Shown piece after piece: positions 53,785 through 64,000 of a stretch of 64,000 bases of DNA. This stretch comes from Trichoplax sp. H2 (lineage: Eukaryota), in NCBI GenBank assembly GCA_003344405.1, contig NOWV01000027.1:558001-622000 (forward strand), written 5' to 3'. Below the pieces are notes generated by a model, which had not been told where the DNA came from, made no database searches, and worked only from the letters and a program-made list of their open reading frames with translations. Position 1 is the stretch's first letter; the number at the start of each line of letters is the position of its first letter. A program made the position numbers and the translations under genes.

Positions 53785-56348
53785 ATTAAAATTCACGTAC
53801 TTTAAATTAGAAAAAATACCTGATAGCTTCGATTACAGTTATGTAAATGTTTTTACTGTAGACAACTTATTAGTGTCACCTCTGTTGGCCGAGACTGTTA
53901 TTTCTCGCAGCTTCTGTATTTGACAACGCGTATAATGAATTGCTTAGTATTCTGACTCTATTGGTTGGTTACAGATATTTTTCCTACTAGTCAACTTTAA
54001 GATTTGTAATTCTGACGTAAAAGTACATTCGAGTAGCACTTGTGGTAAGCTAATGAAAAATAATATAATCTTATAAAGTCTGAAAATAAAGAAAACATGA
54101 TAATATGTTAGTATGTACGTTTTTTCTTGTTCTAATTGCGCATTTATATTCGTACTATTAATTTGCAGCAGTATTTTATTTCAATTTATTTATGCATTTA
54201 TGTAGCTCAACAGTAGTTGTTGCAGATATTCAAGTGGTAATTGCATACGTATGAGTTTAGTACTGTATTTATCCCATCCTTATGTTTAGAATGCTCATAC
54301 TGTTAATTGTTAATATAAGCAGTAAAAGAATGTTGCGATATGGTATAAACAGTATAAAAAAGGTAACGTGCGTCGTACATGATTCGATGGGTGGCATTGC
54401 TACGTTCTATCACACTGTACATTTCTGGTTTGTATACCCGTATGATTATAGAATTTAGCGTTCACTATTATAGTAATGTGAAATACGGTATGTATTTAAT
54501 ACCAGTCTACTTTACGTAGTGGTTTATTCTTTGCCATGAAGTGTAGTGCTAAGCTCCTAACGTGATAGTCTAATGCAGTTAGTCTACGATGGCGTCAATG
54601 GAAGACTTTATCCAGTAGTCTATGACGGTAGATACGCGTACTTGCTTACGATATACAGTATACAGTAATATATTATTATAAACATGCGCAGTATTGGACA
54701 TCTACGGAAAAATTATTTTATTTGATTATACTGTAAGTTACATGGCAATGGTGTGATTCTTTTTGAAGTATAGAAAACTATTATACAGTATATAAAACCT
54801 AGATAAGTTTTAGGTATAATCAGCACCCTTTAGTTTATAGTCTGGACATTAATATTTATTGTAGTTATGATAACTATAGAATTCGATCATAATGTTTCAG
54901 ATACAGTTCAGGCAGTCCTATACATTGCACACGAGACTATACAGTATACACATGTTACAGCATTAATCGAAAGTAAAATTGACTACGATAGCTTGAAAGA
55001 TCTCAATCGTATGTACAGTATACTTATCGTATTGTTACCATAGTGTTCATCCGATATATGGCCGATGATATTATACATTATATTTTTTTAGTATTAATAT
55101 GATATTTTATTTCATAGTATTCTATTCAATTACGAGCTTTTATTCTATACTACCTATGCTTGAATAGGTGCTCGATACAATTGTTTGAATTGAACAATGT
55201 CCATGAGAGTTGCTATTGGTATCTTCGCGTTAGTAATCTTTAATACAGCGGGTAGGGAAGCACAATTTAACCTGGCAAACAATTGACATCAAAATAATGA
55301 GTATTGTTCATTATCTGCAGGTATCAACATAGCTTGAAAATTGTTATTTACTGCTTATGATCTTATTTTTATTATGACGTCTACATTATCCTAATTTTTA
55401 TAATTTTAATATACAACGCGTCATATGATCGTAAGTGAATAAACTATTTGCAGTATCAACAAAGAGTCTTGTGTAATTTAGATATTATAGTGTACAAGAA
55501 AGAATAGTAACATAAATTTTTCCTTGAATCTAAACCAGTTTACCTATCAAATCTCGTTAAAGAACCGTTGATATTGCGTATAAGTCAGTATCAATGTCGC
55601 CATATCAATTGATCCTTAGGAAGCCGAAAAAAATTACTTAATTGTGGTCTATAAAAGTTAGGCCGACCCCCTGTAAAGTACAGTTAACAACATAGAGGCA
55701 ACAAGCCTATCACCTGGTAACGTCGTCGTCATTACTTTTGTGACCAAATTTTATATCGAAATAAATTATCTACTTCAGATATGACTTCAACAAACATTAT
55801 CTTCAAACTTGGTTAACGTTGGCAATTGGTTATAAGTCGAAGTTTATTTCATTTCATATTTGGTTACTACTCCTTTGGTATTTGTTACCAACGAAAGAAA
55901 TGACATAAGACCATTGTATGGGACTGAAATACTTTGTTATACATTTTGGAACAATTTGATATAAATATCGTTGTATTGGCTTATCCTTTTAAAAAATATA
56001 TTTTAGTTTTAAAAGTGGATCGTATACTCTTAATCATTTTATTACTGGAATAAAGCTTTTATCACGATCTAAAAGATGATTTTATTCATGAATAATAGCA
56101 AATAGAGCAATTTACAACATTCTGACTATCTACAACTATACTATTAATATGGTTTAAATAACTTTTATTAAATGAGGTAGGCTGGGTTTTTTGTTATTTT
56201 TAACGATAGAATGGCAAGGGTACGAATCTAAACGTAATTAAAATCCTTCATTTGCTAATTGTAAGCTCTATATATTTGTAAGTTGGCAACCATATTCATT
56301 TAAAAACTATTCAAATCATCTTAAACATCGCCCAGACTCTTTCGAACA

Positions 56349-56882
56349 ATGGCGTCCAGTAAAATAACATTGAAAAATGATAATAAGCGTGGTAAAGATG
56401 TCGGACTTGATCTTTATAGTTTTGCTTTACGAACTAGATTAATGAAAACCGAAGAAGCTATTGGTGTCATTAATGCAAGAGAAGAGAAAATATTGAGACA
56501 AGTGACTGACAGCATTGACAAATTAGCAAAGAAGTCGTTAGAAAAGTATCGTTTTGACTATAATGCAATATTGAAAATATCAGAAGAAAGCAGGCGTCGT
56601 AATCAAATATTCGCTGATAAATTACGCACATACAAAGAAGAAGAAGAGCGTGTAAGAGTTTTGAGGCAAGCAAAGAAGATGAAAGAGAAACGTCGCTTTT
56701 TAGATGATGATTATTTACATTTACAGGTGAATAAGTCAAATAATCATCACAATAATCATATAACGCATCCATATCAAGACAATCAAAACATCTTTCCACG
56801 TACACTCAAGTCGCATAGCAGTAGTTTTAAATTAGTTAATAATAACATTAGTAATGGTTTTCGTAATTCTAATGGTCATTAA
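56349..56882 (+). CDS. Hypothetical 177-aa basic coiled-coil protein with an N/H-rich tail, single coding exon
   Basis: A 534-bp ORF with a good start context (acaATGG) and a charged heptad-like segment over residues about 25-115. No family recognised. Confidence 0.65.
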   Translation: MASSKITLKNDNKRGKDVGLDLYSFALRTRLMKTEEAIGVINAREEKILRQVTDSIDKLAKKSLEKYRFDYNAILKISEESRRRNQIFADKLRTYKEEEERVRVLRQAKKMKEKRRFLDDDYLHLQVNKSNNHHNNHITHPYQDNQNIFPRTLKSHSSSFKLVNNNISNGFRNSNGH

Positions 56883-59800
56883 GATAACACTCGTTGGATC
56901 TACAATTTGTGATGACATAAATCATAGCATATAATACATTGCTAAGATTGAATTAATTTATCAAGTGTGATGCTAAGAAATTCCACCATTACAGCATCTA
57001 TAAACATGCCGTGAAGAGAGATAATTCATTTTATATATTCAGTTTTTCTGTTTCTAATTTATTGTTGATTATTTTCTTTGATGGACCTTCGTATAATTGT
57101 ATCAAAATAGGTTATCGTACTGTTACTAAAGTTTACATGATGACTATAACTGTCGAATAAGTTAATGATTATGATCAAAGCAAATTTTTGGGCGAAATAT
57201 CTTCACCAAAGGCTTGTTATGTCTAAATCTGTTACGCAATGATAGCTTCGAAAGGTAATGTTAGGGATCCTTCTAAACCTAATATTTACTATCTTAAAAA
57301 TTATATACATTCATCGCCGTCTCAATCTGTTTTATTTCTATGCAAATCTAAATTGCGAACTTACGATCAGTTAAAACTACTCTAATTTAAAATATCAACT
57401 TTGCTGAGTTAGGCAGTAACAGTTATGCCAGTATGTGAGTATATGTACGCGAACTTGTATATAATTTTAATTAAGTCACATTTATTAAAAGGCTAACTGC
57501 TTGAGCGCTATCATATTATTATTTTCACCTTTAGCTCACATAGGCGGTGATAAATTCACTTTTAACTGTGATAATATGATTAGCGGTAACATTTTCTAGA
57601 CTAAATCAAAGAAAACAAACAGGCAGCTGTCTTATGCAATACTGTTTACATCGATATCAATTATAATTATTAAATTTTTTAGTATTATGGCTATATTTGC
57701 AAGTCAATCACGAAGAAGAATTCTCTTAATTCGCTATCACGATTGAATGTATTATATCTGCTAGCTAATTTCGTTCTATTTTATTCATTTGACTTTAATG
57801 AAGATTTCATGTCGGTTTTATGAATAGACGCAATCAATTGTAGATTGTAAAATTCAAGCTGTTTTGATATCCTTACTTAAAAATGAAACGATCTGCGGTT
57901 ATAAATCAATGATATATACGGTGCTTAATCTACGACATGTTTTAACTGACATAATTTTTAGTTCTACTTACATGACTAATTTTATTGTATTTAAAAGTAT
58001 AAATGAATATAGCTTGAAGCCATTTTATGTCTTTTTAACGCTTTACGATCATGTTACTATCATGCATCTTGATATGCTGAAATTCGTTGTGATCTACTAA
58101 TCATATTAAACTACTGTAGAAACTTTGCACTTTGTAGACATGAGTGTCCATTACCTTATGCTAAATTTTATGATTTGGTGATTTTCTCGTCGTTGAATAA
58201 ACTAATCTCATATTATACAATTGATAAGAAAGTGTGCTTTACTTGAAGAGATTACGGTTAAACGTGATCAAGGGTAAATATCGTGCTAACTAGTCATTAT
58301 GTTACAGCTTTCAAGTTTTTACTTCATAAGATGACAAATAGATTCGTGAAATAATTTACTTATTATTGGTCATTGTAAGAAATAACGTTGACAGTAGCTT
58401 GATATGCAACCTCATCAAGACGTTGGGCTAAAGAAAATAAGAAATGTAGCTCTTGTCCATAAAGTTTTCTAAACGGTATCAGTTTTAATTACTATCTTAA
58501 GTAATGTAATTGGAGTTTGACGTTGTAACGCAATGTCTTACTCTATTTTAACTCGCATTGACCAAATTAGTTAAGTATTTTTGCAAATTTGGTACAATTG
58601 ATATTACAGACACTGTAAAAATTCTACTGATATAATTTTCAATATTAATCATTTAATTATATGATTAGAAATGAGATTGAGATTCAGTTTATGTGATATC
58701 GAAATTTAATTTAAGCTTCGTGTAATATTCTACCACCATTTTAGCTAGCACGATTGCACACTCGTAGAAAGAGAGTCTTCTTAGCATTAAATTGATCTTT
58801 TTTATTTATAATCCATTTGTAACAAGATTAATGTTGTCATCATCGATAGGCTGTACGCTACATTACTACTATCAACGTTGAAGTATGTATAAATTGAAAG
58901 ATATACTTTTCAGTTTTATTTAGCTACAAATTTTTTGAAATATTTATACTTAGTGGTTTAGTCAAAAAAATAAGTAAACACTTTAAATATGTCGAAAACG
59001 TACTTTTTGTGGCATACTTATTATATACCCTGTGAATGAATAAATGAAATGTGCAATTGATCTATTAATAATTCTGATCCTGATTAAGGTTACTGCAACC
59101 CATTTAAGCGAGCAACGTTTTTATACCGTAGTATTTTATACGAGATATCCATTTCAAAAAGGAAATTAGTGAGGAAAACGATCGTTGCCAACTACAGTAG
59201 GCGTTATTACACTCCATACGCTGTCGCTTATCCTCGATTATACTGAATATTGTAATTATGATTAGGCAAAATTAACGATATGCCACTTTATGATTATAAT
59301 GATCAGACTGGATTTGTATGAAATTCTGTCAACGAAAAAGTAGACGGGACAGAATTTGTCCCGCTTCATGGGCATCCCTTCACCATTTATGTACAGTAAT
59401 GTTATTTTTGTATCCGATATTTTAGTAAAAGTATAAATTGAAATTTATTGCTAGATATTTGGATAACTACAGTATTCGCACGTTGATTTTAGTTCCATTT
59501 TTCCCCAGTTAAAGTAAGTATTTAAAACCAAATGAAAGACGCTGTAACTACTGTACTGTACTGTAGAAGGCAGAAAATGTAGTTTCTAATACCATATATT
59601 ATTATAGGCTACTGGAACGGATTCGCGAGTAGTTTTCTAAAGTATTTATATGAACTTTAGACTGAAGCTTTACGCAATTGGCACGATTTGATCTGATTCA
59701 AAATTCAGACCTTGAACATACTGTACACTAAAAAGAAAGTTCGGGCTATAAACTGGCCGCCTGTTGGTGTCCGCAAAATTGTGTACGCTGACCGATCCTC

Positions 59801-60059
59801 TTTCTAGTCATTCCACTATACACTACTATGTACTACTAGTGCAATCGTCTATCGTACGAAATAAAGCCATCCTAGCAGTTCATTTGCAAGACAACCTTGA
59901 ATATCTTTGGATATCGGACAGTGAATCACTGATGAATAAAGTAGAAGTATTGAAGTGAAAATTGAACAGTTTTTTCAATGGAAAATTCAATCTTTCACAA
60001 GTTTCTTTCCCAACTTTCCCACATCACAGACTGCGCACCTCCATACTATAAGGTGCTAT

Positions 60060-60240
60060 ACTGCGCGTACAGTACTACACCGTCCATTGTACAGTATGCG
60101 CTATTTGTCATTCATAAATGCAACCCAGGTTCAGGCATAAGGAGTCCGCTGACTTCCAGTTCACCTTACTACAGTACACAGTACTGTACTGTAGCCTTGT
60201 CCTGTAGTAAAGTACTGTACAGTACAGTACAGTACTGTAC
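60060..60240. repeat. CAGTA/TACTG tract upstream of UBXN1
   Basis: tacagtacacagtactgtactgtag...gtactgtacagtacagtacagtactgtac. Confidence 0.8.
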
Positions 60241-60256
60241 GGATTCGTCAGCTTTC

Positions 60257-60476
60257 AACGGATCGTTTCAGCTCATCGCTTCACTTCACTTTGGTTCCAT
60301 AATAACGAAACGGATCGTTTCCGCTCATCGCTTCACTTCACTTTGGTTTCCATAGTAAGGAAACGGATCGTTTCAGCTCATCACCTCACTTCACTTTGGT
60401 TTCATAATAAGGAAACGGATCGTTTCAGCTCATCACCTCACTTCACTTTGGTTTCCATAATAACGAAACGGATCGT
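60257..60476. repeat. Tandem minisatellite: four full copies plus a partial copy of a 52-53 bp unit
   Basis: Units start at 60257, 60309, 60362, 60414 and 60467: aacggatcgtttc(a/c)gctcatc(g/a)c(t/c)tcacttcactttggtt(t)(c)cata(a/g)taa(c/g)ga. Confidence 0.95.
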
Positions 60477-60648
60477 GTTGGGCCTTGCAGAACAAAATTT
60501 CTTGATTGCATTCTTGCTTATTTGCCTCAAGACGTTAAAGACAAATTCATCTTTAGATAATACTTGTACAATAATAAGTCATATCGTTCCAAGGACTTCA
60601 TAAGTTAAGCTTATTAGAGTATACGTACATTACTAGTCAATCGTTGTT

Positions 60649-63600
60649 ATGGCAGATCCATTGATGCTCGCAACATTGATCGAACTAGGCTTCGATCGTT
60701 CTAAATCGTAAGTTTCCATTGACAATCAAGCAGTTATGCTAATGAAGCAAGAGTACACCAGTAGCATTAATTGGCATCATATGTCTATCAAATGAATTAA
60801 TATACGTATAATAATTGACTAATGCAGTTGTTGAGCTCAATCTTATCAAGTTCCCTGCTACGATGATAGTGTCGATTGACGTGGATAAGCAATACCTGAA
60901 ATGGACTAATGATAGTCAGTAGACAATATACGTCTTACTGATTATTCACCAACATCGAAATACAGTATTCTTGATCTCTATTGCAGATGCTACTGACAAG
61001 CTACTGTAGCACCTAAATCTTAGCATAGATAAAATATATATATCTTTGTTTAGAGATTGATAAATACCCAGCCAAATGAAAACGTGTCTTAGAGTCATCT
61101 AGATATGGAAGTTCGCCTGCCTATTTAGTTATCATTTGGTCACTTCATTATTTACTATCGTAATTCAAATTATATGCGTTATGGTATCGTTATGAAAAAG
61201 AAATGACATCCAATAGTTTTTATTCATTGCCAGTGTAAAATCGTATGAGTATGATTTGTGAATGGGATTTATCCTGTTTGCAGATTTGACAATTGTATAT
61301 ACTGTTATAGTACAGTAGTCATACTTTAAAGGTAGGGTTATACAGGAATGTACTTAATTATGCTAATCACATCGTAGAATAATATAAAAATTAGGTAGAA
61401 AAGCGATTTTCTATAGAAACGTATTTGCGCCGTATATCCGATGTGATCCCATACAGCCTAGGATGATTATACGTAATTATGATGGCAGTTTGAATATGAA
61501 CTTTAAATTTATGTAATGGCTTCGGCTATAGCATACCATCAGAAAATTTTTGGAAAGCACATTTAATCGCCTAAAAGATAGCTGCCCTACTACAATACAT
61601 ATCTTTCCGTTTGGATTATAGTGTTAAATTTCTCTCAATGCGCTAATGCGTAGATATAACGTTTTGATCAGTAAATGTTTAAAATGATAATCTAATTGAA
61701 ATTTGAAAGTATATTACTACCTAAGCCATAGACTTCTAGATACCTTGAGGTATCTAGAAGTCCATACCTTATCATACAGTAACCAGTAGAGATTGTACGC
61801 TCACTCATCCTCGTATTTATCTACGTACGAAAGCCACGTGGAAAGTTTGCAAATATACATATATACCACTGTATAAATATAACGCAAACTGAATCATTTT
61901 AACTAGCATACTAATATCATATGGATTGCACTCCAAATTAAGACTAATAATATATAGAATATGTGTTAATACCGTCTATATCCTGCGTATTGCATAGATA
62001 AGCGTGCTATGGTACAGGTTACCTAAAAAAGATGCTTGCGCCATCATAAATCCAATCGACTCTATGATATACATATGCGTACAGTATAGCTATTGATTAT
62101 ATACTACAATGAAATACATTTTGTTTTAGCTTCATGTTTCTTGCCTAATATTATCTTGTCCTCTTTCATGTTAGTGAAAAAGCTCTAATAAATGTAAATA
62201 ATCGCGGAATTGAAGGAGCGATCGATTGGTAAGATGCTAGAATATCGTATACTTCTCGTATATAACATATATAAAATATACAGTATACTACCGTTTCATG
62301 AAATTGAACTTACTGCTAGTTATTGTGTCCGTTACTTTGTACAAGTATACTGCTATAAAATATATTTATTAACAAAACGCTGGATTGGGTAGTTAATTCG
62401 CATCATATTTTGTAGTTACCATGATTAAATCGCTAGTATTATGCTGATGTCTCTTATTTCCGAATAGGATAATGGCTCATACAGACTCTAATGATCAATC
62501 TACAGATCCAACCGCAAGCGCGAATATGCAAAGTAATGTCACAGTATTAACAAGGATAAAGTGCCTACTTTATGAGCTTACAGAATTGAAATGTTTTTGA
62601 AGTTGATAGATACAGTATCGGGCTTTAACAGAATTTGGATTAAAATTTATTACTATAATGTATCACTATATTATTATCCTACAGTATATAGCGATATTAT
62701 TCTTGAACTATTATCAACTACTTTAACGAAAGCTTTACTACTAAAATGCTGACACCCTGGGGTTGACAATTAGCCATATTGTCTATCATTTGAATGTACA
62801 GTAGACTACTCTATAATCATTTTTAATAAGTATGTTGCATGATTTTTATGATAATTTGTAGGCCAGGAAGGTCAACCTAGCAGCGAAACGACTGTAAGGC
62901 AATATATAAATGCATAATTTATATTAGTCTAAATTATAATCAGGCTGTATTGCAGTATTTAAAATGAATGAAATCTACTGATTGCTTATTCGTATAATAC
63001 CCGTGCAATATTATAGGCAGAAACCAATCGTCCGCTAACGGAAGAAGAAAAGAAAGAAAAGCTAGAGAAGTAGGAGATAATGCTTTAATCTACATTTAAA
63101 TATTTATGTCGGAGAATGTTAATACCACATAATTTGGCATCTACAGTATTGTAAATCCCGAATTCACCTTTTATATCTTAGACTAGAATCTAAAATTAAG
63201 GAAAGACGTAGACTGCGAGAAGCTGAAGAACGTAAGGTAATCTTTGATTTGAATTATATAGGCAAATGCAAGGACTACTAGAAGAGAGTACATCGAAGGT
63301 TCTCTTCTAGTAATTTTTGGTAAATAAAGCAGAGTTGAGTTTGTAGAAACAATTATTCTGTCACGACTAATTATAGTATTAAACGCATACTATCTTAGTT
63401 TTTATATAACTATGAAAATTTGAATATCCGTTTTACGATGTTAATTATATTACCATAAATTGATAGCTTGAGAAAGATCAAGAAATAAGTCGTCGGGAAT
63501 CTGGCAAAATGATTACAGATGTTAAAAGAAAGTATGCTTACATTTAGGCATATAAAAAGTAATTACAGAATCAATAAACAAAACTATAAATTTGTTGCTT

Positions 63601-63908
63601 TTTATTGAAAAATTTAGAGTTGAAATCAAAGAAATGCAAAAATTAGCAGAGCAAAGAAAGAGAGAAAAGATGGAAGATAGATTAGCAAGGTAAATAATCT
63701 CTATTTTGCTACCGTAGCTATTGCATTTACTTATGCTTATTATGTATTATGGATAATAATTATACTATATTTAATCCTATAAATGCCGAAGAAATGTTTC
63801 ATATAATTTAAAAGTTAATAAGTACCTTTTGCCCGCATTAATTGTAATTGCGACTAAAATTCTTTCAGGGAAAAAGTGAAGGCTATGATCGCTGAAGACA
63901 GAGCAAGA
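60649..63908 (+). CDS. UBXN1: UBA-UBX domain protein UBXN1/SAKS1-like, 3'-partial. Exons approx. 60649-60707, 62175-62228, 62468-62532, 62862-62893, 63018-63069, 63182-63236, 63467-63531, 63618-63689, 63869-63908.
   Basis: UBA domain: LATLIELGFDRSKSEKALINVNNRGIEGAIDWIMAH. Then RPLTEEEKKEKL...E..RRESGK...EMQKLAEQRKREKMEDRLAREKVKAMIAEDRAR, the coiled coil typical of UBXN1. The UBX domain should lie beyond the window. Confidence 0.88.
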
Positions 63909-64000
63909 GTAGGTTTAATCAATATCAAGCTGTTTTAGCTTATTTTGTAGACACGTAGCTGTAATTTAAGTGAGTGAATGATTCAATATATTAATGATGC

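Noticed and set aside
60257..60476. CRISPR-like appearance of repeats with palindromes
   Set aside because: The units are contiguous and near-identical with no unique spacers, there are no cas genes, and the context is eukaryotic.
59978..60603. 125-aa and 86-aa ORFs over the tandem array
   Set aside because: They are repeat-derived, lie in shifting frames and have no coherent product.

Overview
AT-rich, intron-dense animal genomic DNA. The compact gene spacing, short introns and TACAG/CTGTA-rich intergenic tracts are consistent with a placozoan such as Trichoplax; this is an inference, not a database result. By manual splicing I can support 11 conserved multi-exon genes: RMDN-like (5'-partial), KCTD10/BACURD, IFT20, a neuroglobin-like globin, a DHRS7-like SDR, FAM177, ACOXL, TAF6L, eIF3c, AP-1/2 beta-adaptin and UBXN1 (3'-partial). 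There are also two orphan ORFs of 259 and 177 aa, each with a single coding exon. I see no RNA genes, CRISPR arrays or autonomous transposons. The most interesting observations are five. (1) The DHRS7-like gene is intact but has lost its whole catalytic Ser/Tyr/Lys set (YxxxK reads CSASS), making it a candidate pseudoenzyme. (2) Palindromic CAGTA/TACTG tracts concentrate at gene 5' ends and divergent promoters. (3) A 52-53 bp tandem array carrying hairpins and X-box-like sites lies directly upstream of UBXN1. (4) RFX X-box-like motifs occur upstream of IFT20, the globin and both orphan genes, hinting at unrecognised ciliary genes. (5) Three GC-AG introns are required by the gene models. Gene identities come from recalled family motifs; no searches were run.
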